Assembly: GCA_002391235.1 (NCBI GenBank)
Contig: DGRX01000013.1
Span: 68,742 to 132,741 of the forward strand
Length of the DNA stretch: 64,000 nucleotides
Source of the DNA: Treponema sp. UBA4377
GTDB lineage: Bacteria > Spirochaetota > Spirochaetia > Treponematales > Treponemataceae
Reading direction: 5' to 3'
The position numbers were made by a program, and so were the translations under genes. How positions within the stretch are numbered: the first letter of the stretch is position 1; every line of letters begins with the position of its first letter. The notes under the pieces are model-generated. The model was not told the DNA's origin, ran no database searches, and saw nothing but the letters and a program-made list of their open reading frames with translations. Below, piece by piece: positions 9,535 through 18,412 of this stretch.

Positions 9535-11313
9535 ATGAAAAAAGATGAGTTGAAGAAAGTCAAAAATTCGCTTTCCAGCATCAAAGATTTTGACGACTTA
9601 TTGAATTCTCTGTTGACTCAAACCCGCAAAGCGATTCCTTCGGACGCGGGTTCTATCTATATCGTAGAAGAAAAAAAACTCACTATCAGGTGCGCGCAAA
9701 ACGACACCCAGCAAAAAGACCTGGAAGAGGGCGAGGAGCTTCCTTTTGTTTCCTTTTCTTTTCCAATAACCAAGACTTCAATCGCGGGCTACTGCGTTCT
9801 TTCAAAAGAGCCCTTAAACATTAAAGACGCTTACAACATTCCAAAATCCGAGCCGTATAAATTCAATGTCGGAACGGACGTTGTGACTGGCTACAAGACA
9901 ATTTCTTCAATCGCGCTTCCTTTGTTTGTGGCGGGCGGCCGCGTTCTTGGCGTCTTGCAGCTTATCAATAGGTTGGACAAAGACGGCAAAGTCACGACCT
10001 TTAGCGACGATGATTTGGAAATCGCGCAGGACTTGACCCTAAGCATTTCCACCGCTTTGGAAATGGCCGAGGCCGCCGAGCTTTCAAACGCGGCCTATCG
10101 CGGAAAGCACTTGCAGAGCATTTTTGAAATTGACCAAAAGCTTAACGAAATCCAAGATATCGACGTTTTGCTCGAACGCATTCTTACCGAGGCGCGAAAA
10201 ATCGTCAACGCCGACGCGGGTTCCATTTACGAAGTTCAAGGAAAGAACCTGGCGATCAAGTACGCGCAAAACGACACCCAGAGCGCGAAGCTCCAGCCTG
10301 GAGAAAAGCTTCCTTTCTTGTCTTTTTCGTTCCCGATAACCGAAAAGTCAATTTCTGGCTACGTCGCGTTGAGCGGCGAAACTTTGAACATTCACGACGC
10401 GTATAAAATTCCGGAAGGCGTTCCGTATTCCTTTAACCCCGCGTCCGACACCGCCACCGGCTACCACACAAAGTCGATGCTTACGATTCCGCTAAAAATC
10501 GCGGACTCAAGCTTGCTTGGCGTGCTTCAAATCATTAACGCAAAAAACGAAGAAGGCGAGTACATTGAATTTGACGCGGACGCGGAACTTTACATAAACC
10601 ACTTTGCCGCCAACGCCGCCAACGCTTTGGGCCAAGCCAAGAGCCGCCGTGACTTGATTGACGCCATGACAGAGATGGCCAATATGCGCGACCCCAAAGA
10701 AACCGGAATGCACGTAGCCCGCGTTTCAAAATTCTCCGTTGAAATTTACGACCGCTGGGCCTTTAACCATAACATTGACGAGTCCACTCGCGAAAAATTC
10801 CGCGACTTTTTGGCCACCGCCAGCAAGTGCCACGACTTTGGAAAGATTGGAATCGAAGACAAGATTCTTAAAAAGCCCGGCCGCTTTGACGACGACGAGC
10901 GCGCGATTATGAACAGCCACACTTGCTTGGGCGCGCTTTTGTTCAAGAACTTCAATTCGCCGCTTTTCCAAATGTGCCAAAACATCAACTTACGCCACCA
11001 CGAATGGTGGGACGGCAGCCGCGGCTATCCAGGAAAAATGGATTGGGAGTCTTACGAGCAAGGAAATCCCTTGCCAAAAGCTGAATGCCTTAAGGGCGAA
11101 GAAATCCCCTTGGAAGCCAGAATCGTTTCTGTGGCCGACGTGTTTGACGCCTTGAGCCACGCGCGCGTTTACAAGCCGGCGTGGACAATGGAAGACGCGG
11201 TCAACGAAATTCAAAAATGCTCGGGCACGCAATTTGATCCTGGCGTGGTCGAAGCCTTTATGCAAATAAAAGACCGCTTGATTGCCATCAGCAATTCTTA
11301 TGGAAGCGACTAG
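9535..11313 (+). CDS. GAF-GAF-HD-GYP domain protein (putative c-di-GMP phosphodiesterase)
   Basis: Two internally repeated GAF-like segments; HDFGKIG and GSRGYPGK motifs; start chosen at MKKDELKK. Confidence 0.8.
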   Translation: MKKDELKKVKNSLSSIKDFDDLLNSLLTQTRKAIPSDAGSIYIVEEKKLTIRCAQNDTQQKDLEEGEELPFVSFSFPITKTSIAGYCVLSKEPLNIKDAYNIPKSEPYKFNVGTDVVTGYKTISSIALPLFVAGGRVLGVLQLINRLDKDGKVTTFSDDDLEIAQDLTLSISTALEMAEAAELSNAAYRGKHLQSIFEIDQKLNEIQDIDVLLERILTEARKIVNADAGSIYEVQGKNLAIKYAQNDTQSAKLQPGEKLPFLSFSFPITEKSISGYVALSGETLNIHDAYKIPEGVPYSFNPASDTATGYHTKSMLTIPLKIADSSLLGVLQIINAKNEEGEYIEFDADAELYINHFAANAANALGQAKSRRDLIDAMTEMANMRDPKETGMHVARVSKFSVEIYDRWAFNHNIDESTREKFRDFLATASKCHDFGKIGIEDKILKKPGRFDDDERAIMNSHTCLGALLFKNFNSPLFQMCQNINLRHHEWWDGSRGYPGKMDWESYEQGNPLPKAECLKGEEIPLEARIVSVADVFDALSHARVYKPAWTMEDAVNEIQKCSGTQFDPGVVEAFMQIKDRLIAISNSYGSD

Positions 11314-11344
11314 CGCGCGTGGCGTTCTGGCCTTGAACTGATTT

Positions 11345-11839
11345 TCATTCTTGGATTATTTTGTTAAAGGCCGCGGCAAAGGCTTCAAATTCCTTTTGGC
11401 CGTAGGAATCCCTTTTTTTTGTCCCCAATCCCAGTCGGCTCATTTGCAGGCTAAGCTCGCGTTCCTTTAAGGCGCGCTCAATCTTTTGCTTGTCAAAAAC
11501 TTTTCCAAAGTCATTCATCGCCGCGACGCCTTTTTCCAAAAGCGAGGAGGCTAGCGGAATGTCGCGGGTAATCACAAGGTCGCCGGCGGCGGCGTTTGCA
11601 AGAATCCAATTGTCGGCCGCTTGGCTCTGGGCGGGGCAGACTATCATTTTAAAATTGGGATTTTGGCCGGCGGGCGAATCGGCGGACGACAAGTCGCGGT
11701 TTGCCGCGAAGATTAGTTCATAGGCGCTGCCTTTTGCCCGCGCCATAAGCCATTTTCGGACGCGCTTGGCGCAAGAATCCGCGTCAACCAATACACGCTC
11801 TTTCATCTGTCTAACTAAGCGCCCTGTCGATTTTTTCAA
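11345..11839 (-). CDS. YaiI/YqxD family protein (UPF0178)
   Basis: ADNWI...DLVITRDIPLAS pattern characteristic of UPF0178. Confidence 0.6.
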   Translation of the reverse strand: MKKSTGRLVRQMKERVLVDADSCAKRVRKWLMARAKGSAYELIFAANRDLSSADSPAGQNPNFKMIVCPAQSQAADNWILANAAAGDLVITRDIPLASSLLEKGVAAMNDFGKVFDKQKIERALKERELSLQMSRLGLGTKKRDSYGQKEFEAFAAAFNKIIQE

Positions 11840-12134
11840 TCATGCTTTTTGTAAGCCGGTCCGCTTCAAGTTCGGCCAAAGGGTCGGACTCGGCGGCGTT
11901 TTTTTGCGCCGCGTCTTTGGCTTCCAATGCTTTTTGCTTTTCCTTAAAAAGCTCGTCGGCGATCAAGATTCCGGCCAAGACAGCGGTTTGCTTTTGGTCT
12001 TGGATTCCGTCGCTTTTTTGTATTTCGTCGCAAACGTTTTTATAGTATTCGCGGATTTTTTCAAGGTAGGGGAGCTCTTCGTCTGTTTTAAGGGCGAACG
12101 ACGTTCCTAATATATTTATTTGAATTACAGCCAT
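11811..12134 (-). CDS. zapA: cell division protein ZapA-like
   Basis: 107 aa; N-terminal INILGTSFALKTDEE...YLEKI pattern and C-terminal coiled coil. Confidence 0.55.
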   Translation of the reverse strand: MAVIQINILGTSFALKTDEELPYLEKIREYYKNVCDEIQKSDGIQDQKQTAVLAGILIADELFKEKQKALEAKDAAQKNAAESDPLAELEADRLTKSMIEKIDRALS

Positions 12135-12146
12135 GCGGGGTGTTTG

Positions 12147-12680
12147 CTAGAAGATGTCGGGAACGCTTTCTTCTTGGGTTTCAAAAGAGTCGTCGCCGAA
12201 CAAGTCGCCGCCGGCTTCTGCCGCTTGCGTCGCTTCTGTTTGCTGAACGGGGCTGGCGAAAGACGCCTGCTCTTGTACGGGAGCGGCTGGGGCCGCTTCC
12301 GCCTGCGCCGGCTGGGCGGGGGCTGCCCGCTCAGTTGCCGGCTGAACAGCGGCGGCCGCGCCTTCGCCCGAGTCGGCAAGCGGGGCTTGCCGCTCTCTTG
12401 TGGTATTGCAGTCGGCTTTAGCGTTGCTAAAGCCTCCGCTCGAGTCGAGCAGGGCGTTTTCCACCGCGTCCAAGCGGTTTAGGGCGCCGAGGATTCCGTC
12501 CTCAATCTTTTTTTCGTCAGCGCTAAAGCGGGAAAGCAGCTCCGATTTTTCAGAAAGCGCTTTTGTGAGCTCTGAACGCTCGGCGCGCAGAGCATCGTTT
12601 TCTGATTTAAGCTGTTCGATTTTTTGAACAGCGCTTTCCACTTTTTGCTGCAAAAGAAGGATTGTTTCAACGGAAATCAT
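12147..12680 (-). CDS. coiled-coil protein (ZapB/DivIVA-like) with Ala/Pro/Gln-rich tail
   Basis: N-terminal heptad-rich 80 aa, low-complexity C-terminus, adjacent to zapA. Confidence 0.45.
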   Translation of the reverse strand: MISVETILLLQQKVESAVQKIEQLKSENDALRAERSELTKALSEKSELLSRFSADEKKIEDGILGALNRLDAVENALLDSSGGFSNAKADCNTTRERQAPLADSGEGAAAAVQPATERAAPAQPAQAEAAPAAPVQEQASFASPVQQTEATQAAEAGGDLFGDDSFETQEESVPDIF

Positions 12681-12695
12681 CAGCGTCCTCTTTTA

Positions 12696-13052
12696 TTAGG
12701 CCAAAGCCTTCTTGGCGGCTTCTACAACAGCCTTGAAAGCTTTGGGATCTTCAATGGCCATGTTAGACAAGGCCTTGCGGTTTACCTTGATTCCGGCTTT
12801 TGTAACGCCGTCGATAAAGCGCGAGTAAGACAAGCCTTCGTCGCGAACAGCGGCGTTGATACGGGCGATCCACAATGAGCGGTATTCGCCTTTCTTGTCT
12901 TTGCGTCCGACATAAGCGTGGTCGAGCGCTTTTGTGACCGCGTCTTTCGCGGCCTTGAAGTTTGTTCCTCTGCGGCCCTTAAAGCCTTTTGCAAGCTTAA
13001 GGATTTTCTTGCGCCTGTCGGCTCTTCTTGTTCCATCTACTGCTCTAGACAT
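12696..13052 (-). CDS. rplT: 50S ribosomal protein L20
   Basis: Basic 118 aa protein with a [28 protein letters not shown] signature. Confidence 0.95.
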   Translation of the reverse strand: MSRAVDGTRRADRRKKILKLAKGFKGRRGTNFKAAKDAVTKALDHAYVGRKDKKGEYRSLWIARINAAVRDEGLSYSRFIDGVTKAGIKVNRKALSNMAIEDPKAFKAVVEAAKKALA

Positions 13053-13064
13053 GGTTCGCTCCTA

Positions 13065-13271
13065 TCAACCGTAGGGAAGCATTTGCTTCCTAACTTTCGC
13101 TGCTTCTGATTCCGCAAGAATGCCTGTCTGGCGGAGCTGTCTCTTTCTCTTAGGTGAACGCTTGGTCAAAATATGGCGCAAGTTCATCTTCTTGTACTTT
13201 ACCTTTCCTGTTCCGGTAAGCGAAAAGCGCTTTGAAGCGGATTTCTTTGTCTTCATCTTTGGCATAGCCAA
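13065..13271 (-). CDS. rpmI: 50S ribosomal protein L35
   Basis: MPKMKTKKSASKRF N-terminus; position between infC and rplT. Confidence 0.9.
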   Translation of the reverse strand: MAMPKMKTKKSASKRFSLTGTGKVKYKKMNLRHILTKRSPKRKRQLRQTGILAESEAAKVRKQMLPYG

Positions 13272-13278
13272 TACCTCT

Positions 13279-13803
13279 TTAATTTTTGGCTTTTGATGAT
13301 ATTGTCATCGACATGAACTTGCCTTCCATAGCGGCCGGCTTTTCGATGACATACGCCGAGGTAAGCCTTTTTAGAACCTCTTCAAGAACTCCAAATCCCA
13401 AGTCAGTGTGGGCAAGCTCGCGTCCGCGGAAGCGGATCGTTACCTTTACCTTGTTGCCTTCGTCAAGGAACTCTTGCACATGCTTAGCTTTCGTGTCAAG
13501 ATCGCCCGGTCCGATTTTGGGCTGCATCCTGATCTCTTTTAGTTTCAATACCTTTTGCTTTTTCTTGGAGTCACGGAGCTTTTTCTCCTGTTCAAAGCGG
13601 TATTTTCCGAAATCGAGTATTTTGCATACAGGCGGATTTGCAGTCGGCGCGACTTCAACAAGGTCGAGATCCCGGTCTTTAGCCATTTTGAGGGCTTCCA
13701 TTGTGGGAACGATTCCCATCTGGTTGCCTTCATCATCTATAAGGCGAACTTCCCTGACCCGAATCCGTTCATTGATTCTAGGTCCCTTATTATTGTCTGC
13801 CAA
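13279..13803 (-). CDS. infC: translation initiation factor IF-3
   Basis: [18 protein letters not shown] signature. Probable non-ATG start (TTG at 13803, 4 nt after GAGGAGG); the track ORF extends to a GTG at 13830. Confidence 0.9.
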   Translation of the reverse strand: MADNNKGPRINERIRVREVRLIDDEGNQMGIVPTMEALKMAKDRDLDLVEVAPTANPPVCKILDFGKYRFEQEKKLRDSKKKQKVLKLKEIRMQPKIGPGDLDTKAKHVQEFLDEGNKVKVTIRFRGRELAHTDLGFGVLEEVLKRLTSAYVIEKPAAMEGKFMSMTISSKAKN

Positions 13804-13914
13804 CTGGCCTCCTCGTGTCGCAAAAAACACACATGTATATTAAGCGTAAACTAGATTATATCAGAAAAAGCGCTTGTTAGTCTAGTGGTAGGTGAAAAAT
13901 AATGGTCGTAAAAT

Positions 13915-14026
13915 AAAACGCGTAGCGGAAAGGCAAGTGACGCGAACATAGGACACGTTAAGCTAATCACTAAGCCCCAAAAGCACCTCGCGAGCGGTCG
14001 CTTGAATTTCCGCGAGAGCGTTTTTT
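13915..14026. repeat. structured intergenic repeat, copy R1 (related to 22784..22890)
   Basis: Shares the core TAGGACACGTTAAGCTAATCACT..GCCC.AAAAG.ACCTCG and an AAAACGC/GCGTTTT closing stem with R2. Followed by TTGCAT-N17-TATGAT just before the ATG at 14063. Confidence 0.6.
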
Positions 14027-14062
14027 ATTGCATTTTTTTTAATTTTACGATATGATTTTTTT

Positions 14063-14707
14063 ATGATTTTATTCGCATTGTTCTTGATTCCCCTGTATTT
14101 TTGCTATTGGCTTTTTGAGCAAAAGAAGCCCTTCGCTCCTTTTCTTTTCAACGCTTTTTTGGGGCTTTTTTTGGCGGCCGTTTTTTGCGCCTACAAGTAC
14201 TTTTTCTCTCCCTATTATTTTTTAACGCCCGACTCCTTTTGGCGCAATTTTCTCCATATTTTTTTGGAACAGATTGTTTTGCCTTTGGGCGTGTTGACGG
14301 CCGCTTTTTTGTTCGTTTTCAAAAAGGACAAGATGGCCGACCGTGTTCAAAAGATTTTGCCCTTTTACCTGGGCTTTTACGCCGTGTACCTGCCTTTTAG
14401 GGTTTTGGGCGGCCAGCTTCCTTATCCGGCTTTCGCGCTTTTTGTAAAGCCGGCCATGTTCTTGCTGATGATTGTCGTGTTGAATTCCAGGCAAAAGGTT
14501 TTGTTCGTTCCGGCGCAAAGGGCCTTGCTTAGCGTAAAAGAGGCGGCTGTTTATTGGTCTTCTTTTGCCGTAGACCTTCTTATGCCGGCCGCGGTTGAAG
14601 CCTTGTGGATTTTGGGAATGAAGCCGCCCCTTACGATTTTGTTTCTTTTGCTTTACGCGGCGGGCGCTTTCGTTTGCTTAAAAAATGAGTCTTTGGTTAA
14701 GGACTAG
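14063..14707 (+). CDS. polytopic membrane protein, function unknown
   Basis: 214 aa, several hydrophobic segments. Confidence 0.6.
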   Translation: MILFALFLIPLYFCYWLFEQKKPFAPFLFNAFLGLFLAAVFCAYKYFFSPYYFLTPDSFWRNFLHIFLEQIVLPLGVLTAAFLFVFKKDKMADRVQKILPFYLGFYAVYLPFRVLGGQLPYPAFALFVKPAMFLLMIVVLNSRQKVLFVPAQRALLSVKEAAVYWSSFAVDLLMPAAVEALWILGMKPPLTILFLLLYAAGAFVCLKNESLVKD

Positions 14708-14720
14708 GATTTTTTTCCGC

Positions 14721-15380
14721 ATGAAAAAAGTTTTTTTAGCTTGCGCCTTGGCTTTGGCCGGCGTCTTGGCCTTTGGCCAAAGTTCTTGGAAGCATTCTGC
14801 CGGAGCGGCTGTAAACGCCTCTTTTTATTCCCTGCATGCAAAGGACGACGGGTTCAAGAACGCGTTTGTTCCGCAGTTGTCGGCCCGCTATTACGGCGAG
14901 GCTCAAAACGGCTTTTGCGTTTCTGGAACCTTAAGCTTTGGCTGGGCCCTCAGCAAAAACTTTAAGTTGGACACAGAAGACAAGGTTTGCGCGGGCCTTG
15001 CTTTTGGAACTGCGATCGGAGCGGGGTACGCCTTTCATTTTTCCGACCGCTGGACATTTGCTTTGCTTGGAACCTTGTCTTTTGACTGGATGTTCTATAA
15101 GTTCAAGAAAACGATTTCCGCAAAAGTGTCGGGCGGAACGGTGTCTTCCGAATGGACGCAAGAAGATTTTTTGTTCGCGTTTGGAATCGGCTGCGAGGCG
15201 ATTGGAATCTTTCCCTTGACAAAACATTTTTCGATGTGCGGAACGTTGGGCTTGAAATTCTTTGACGCGGGAAAGCTAAAGCTAAGCGGGAACAAGCTGG
15301 GCCGCGATTACAGCGATTCGTTTGAGATAAGGGGAAATATAGCCCTTATTCCCAGCTTTGGCGTTGTCTGGACTTTTTAA
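14721..15380 (+). CDS. secreted protein, possible outer-membrane beta-barrel
   Basis: Signal peptide MKKVFLACALALAGVLAFGQ, alternating beta-like pattern, C-terminal aromatic residue (WTF). Confidence 0.5.
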   Translation: MKKVFLACALALAGVLAFGQSSWKHSAGAAVNASFYSLHAKDDGFKNAFVPQLSARYYGEAQNGFCVSGTLSFGWALSKNFKLDTEDKVCAGLAFGTAIGAGYAFHFSDRWTFALLGTLSFDWMFYKFKKTISAKVSGGTVSSEWTQEDFLFAFGIGCEAIGIFPLTKHFSMCGTLGLKFFDAGKLKLSGNKLGRDYSDSFEIRGNIALIPSFGVVWTF

Positions 15381-15545
15381 AAGCCCGCAAGCGCGGCGTC
15401 GCGCCTCATTGCCTAGCGCTCGCTAGAGCGCAAGTTAATAGGTTCAACTTAGCAAAACGGCGGGCTTGCCCGACCGTATGCGGCTTCGTTCAATTATGGT
15501 CATTCTAACCCTAAACTTCGCCGCTAAAATTCCGACAATTTAGGT

Positions 15546-15968
15546 ATGAACTCATTCAATCGATCAATTGACTTATTGCACAAGGCCCTGGATGTAAACG
15601 CCTTGCGCTACCAGGTTACGGCCAACAATATCGCCAACGCCGAGGTTCCGAATTTCAAGCGTTCCTCCGTCAATTTTGAAAGCGAGCTAAAGAGAGCCTT
15701 TGAATCCGAGGAAAACGCCCGCAATTCCTTTGACCTTAAGCGAACCGACCCCCGCCATTTTTCGATCCACAACGTCATGGACTGGCAGGAAGTTAAGCCG
15801 CGCCGCGTCGTCGATTGGAATTCAACTGAAAACAGCAACGGCTCAAGCGTTGACGTAGAGACAGAAGCGATGAACATCATCAAAATCCAGATGCAGTATC
15901 GCTTGCTGAGCCAGCTGGAGAACTTTGAGTTTAGCCAAGTCAAGACAGCGATGAGTCCTAATCGCTAG
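15546..15968 (+). CDS. flgB: flagellar basal-body rod protein FlgB
   Basis: N-terminal ...NIANAEVPNFK rod motif; gene order flgB-flgC-fliE. Confidence 0.9.
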   Translation: MNSFNRSIDLLHKALDVNALRYQVTANNIANAEVPNFKRSSVNFESELKRAFESEENARNSFDLKRTDPRHFSIHNVMDWQEVKPRRVVDWNSTENSNGSSVDVETEAMNIIKIQMQYRLLSQLENFEFSQVKTAMSPNR

Positions 15969-16054
15969 GAACGGTCTTAGGCTTGCGCAAGTCTGACCGT
16001 TCTGGCAAAGAAGCCGGTTCGGTCAGTTATAAAGATTTTTGTTAGGAGATTATC

Positions 16055-16513
16055 ATGGGACTCTTTTCTGCGATTAACATAGCTTCGACAGGCCTCAGCG
16101 CCGAACGCCTTAGAACGGACGTCATTTCAAACAATATCGCCAACGCTTCGACAACAAGGACGCAGGACGGCGGCCCGTTCAAGAGAAGCCGCGTCATTTT
16201 CCAGCCTGTCGCCGACGCCAACCCCACGTTCCGCACTCCGTATCTTCCGTCCAACTTGGACAACGGTCCCGGAAAGGGCGTAAAGGTGCGCGAAATCGTT
16301 CTTGACACAAGCGAAGGAAAATTGGTTTACGACCCCGACCATCCGGACGCGATAAAGACAGGCCCTCGCGCGGGCTACGTCGAGTACCCCAACGTAAACA
16401 TCGTCAACGAAATGGTGGACTTGATTTCGGCCAGCCGCGCCTACGAGGCCAACACGACCGTAATCGAAGGCTCAAAGGACATGTTCAATTCCGCTCTTGA
16501 AATTGGACGCTAA
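16055..16513 (+). CDS. flgC: flagellar basal-body rod protein FlgC
   Basis: MGLFSAINIASTGLSAERLR...SNNIANA and C-terminal SRAYEAN motifs. Confidence 0.9.
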   Translation: MGLFSAINIASTGLSAERLRTDVISNNIANASTTRTQDGGPFKRSRVIFQPVADANPTFRTPYLPSNLDNGPGKGVKVREIVLDTSEGKLVYDPDHPDAIKTGPRAGYVEYPNVNIVNEMVDLISASRAYEANTTVIEGSKDMFNSALEIGR

Positions 16514-16542
16514 TCGCGCTAGAATGAGGGGAGGTGGGAAAA

Positions 16543-16890
16543 ATGAAAATCAACGAAATGCCTGTCTTGCAAATGCAAGGCTTTGAAAAGATTAAGGACA
16601 CAAATCCGCTTAAGGCCGCTCCCCATGTGAACATTCTTTCTTCCGCGGAAGAGAACCAGCGCATAAAGGAAAAGTCTTTTGGCGAGTACTTGTCGGAAGC
16701 TTTTTCCGCGATGAATAAGCAGCAAACGGATGTCGATTCCCTTACAAAGCAAATGATTGTTGATCCCGACAGCGTTGACATTCACGATGTGACAACAGCG
16801 ATGGCAAAGGCCCAAATGTCAATGACTTTGGCCAAGACTGTCGTTGACCGCGTTGTCACTGGCTGGACAGAAATCACGACGACACGATAA
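16543..16890 (+). CDS. fliE: flagellar hook-basal body complex protein FliE
   Basis: About 115 aa; C-terminal VVDRVVTGWTEI..; follows flgC. Start is ATG 16543 or GTG 16534. Confidence 0.8.
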   Translation: MKINEMPVLQMQGFEKIKDTNPLKAAPHVNILSSAEENQRIKEKSFGEYLSEAFSAMNKQQTDVDSLTKQMIVDPDSVDIHDVTTAMAKAQMSMTLAKTVVDRVVTGWTEITTTR

Positions 16891-17699
16891 TGCAAGGACA
16901 CGTTAATAAGCCGGGAACATACGTTCCCGACTCAAGCCTCGTCTGGCCCGCAAAGCCGGACGAGCCGCTTTTAAAGCCAAAGCATTTGCGGCAAGTGGTC
17001 GTTGACGAAAACTATCCATTCATCGACAGGTCATTTAAGTTTTTTCTTTGGCGGAATTTTATTTTCTTTTGCGTTTGGACGCTCGTCTTCTTTTTGCAGC
17101 ATGTCCGCTACGGAATAAAATTTGCAGGCCTGAAAAACCTTCGCAAAAACAAGGCGCTTTTTAAAAACGGAGCGGTCACCGTTTGCAACCATGTTTACCG
17201 CTGGGATTATCTGGCCATCGTTCAAGCGACAAAAAAGCGCCTGTGGTTTCCGGCCCGCGCCGAAAACTTGATGGGTAAGGACGCAGGCTTGATTCGCGCG
17301 GTGGGCGGCATCCCCGTCGCGCAAAATTTTAGCGGAATGAAAAAATTCTACGAGGCCTTTGACGAGCTTCACAAAAAGAAAAAGTGGATTCATGTTTTTC
17401 CGGAAAGCTGCCGCTGGACTTGGTACCAGCCGATCCGGCCCTTTAAGCGCGGCGCTTTTGAATTCGCCCACCGCTACGGCATTCCTGTGATTCCGATGGC
17501 CATAAGCTACCGAGAGCCCGGCGCTGTCCGCCGCTTTTTTGGCGTCAAGCATCCGCTTGTGACATTGACTGTCGGAGAGCCGATAATGCCTGACGCAAGC
17601 CTTTCGTTAAAGCAAGATTCAAACAGGCTTTTGGAGGAGTGTCACAAGCGCGTCGTAGACATGGCCGGAATCGTCCAAAACCAATGGCCCGCGCTTTAG
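16890..17699 (+). CDS. lysophospholipid acyltransferase (PlsC family)
   Basis: HX4D motif NHVYRWD, FPE motif (HVFPESCR). Confidence 0.7.
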   Translation: MQGHVNKPGTYVPDSSLVWPAKPDEPLLKPKHLRQVVVDENYPFIDRSFKFFLWRNFIFFCVWTLVFFLQHVRYGIKFAGLKNLRKNKALFKNGAVTVCNHVYRWDYLAIVQATKKRLWFPARAENLMGKDAGLIRAVGGIPVAQNFSGMKKFYEAFDELHKKKKWIHVFPESCRWTWYQPIRPFKRGAFEFAHRYGIPVIPMAISYREPGAVRRFFGVKHPLVTLTVGEPIMPDASLSLKQDSNRLLEECHKRVVDMAGIVQNQWPAL

Positions 17700-17710
17700 T
17701 CGGCTTGGGC

Positions 17711-18412
17711 TTAAAAATCGCTTCCGTCTAAAATTTTGGAGGCGAATTCTTCCCAAGAAAGGACAGGATGCTGCAAGTCCCAAATAGGCCTTTGCGCCTT
17801 TGTCTTGATCTGAACGAATTTCATTCCGGCGTTTCTTGCGCCCTGGCCATCGGTGTCGTCCCTGTCGCCGACAACCAAAGTTTCCTTAGGCTTGGCTCCA
17901 AGGTCGGCCGCGATTTGCAAAAAGCCTCTGGGCGCCGGCTTTAGGCAGCCCAATGTTTCGGAAGAATAAAACCTTTCGCACAAGTCCAAGGCCTCTTGCT
18001 TTACTCCGCAAGAGAGAGCGCGCTCCTTGATTAAGTTGTAGTCGGAGTAGAGCGCGATTTTTGTTCCTGAGCCGGAAAGCGCCTTGAACACTTCGAAAAT
18101 TTTTGAATGGGCCGCGAATCTTTTATGGCTAAGAACTTTTTCCATGTAGCGAAGGTATCGCTTTTCGTACCATTCGCCAAAAACTTTCGGCGAGCAAAAG
18201 GCGGCCTTTGAGGCAAGGGTGTAGTATTCCTTCTTGAAGTTTTCGGGAGTCTCAAAGTCGCGGCCTTTAAAGAACGCGCGCGCCTTTCGTTCCGCCTTCA
18301 TAAAGAAAAAACTGTGCAAGCGCGGAAGAAGCAAGCCTTTTGCGATGCCTGTGTTGTCGTATAGCGTTCCGTCAAAGTCGAATATGACGGCCTTGAAATT
18401 TTTTGCGTTCAT
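17711..18412 (-). CDS. HAD-superfamily hydrolase
   Basis: DFDGTLYD motif I and GDRDDTDGQGARNAG motif IV. Confidence 0.75.
   Translation of the reverse strand: MNAKNFKAVIFDFDGTLYDNTGIAKGLLLPRLHSFFFMKAERKARAFFKGRDFETPENFKKEYYTLASKAAFCSPKVFGEWYEKRYLRYMEKVLSHKRFAAHSKIFEVFKALSGSGTKIALYSDYNLIKERALSCGVKQEALDLCERFYSSETLGCLKPAPRGFLQIAADLGAKPKETLVVGDRDDTDGQGARNAGMKFVQIKTKAQRPIWDLQHPVLSWEEFASKILDGSDF

Noticed and set aside
12147-12482. Alternative-frame ORFs over the Ala/Pro/Gln-rich tail of the ZapB-like gene (12120..12482, 12125..12379, 12140..12421)
   Set aside because: They are a product of GC-rich, low-complexity sequence. Only the minus-strand frame 12147..12680 has a coherent N-terminal coiled-coil domain and operon context.
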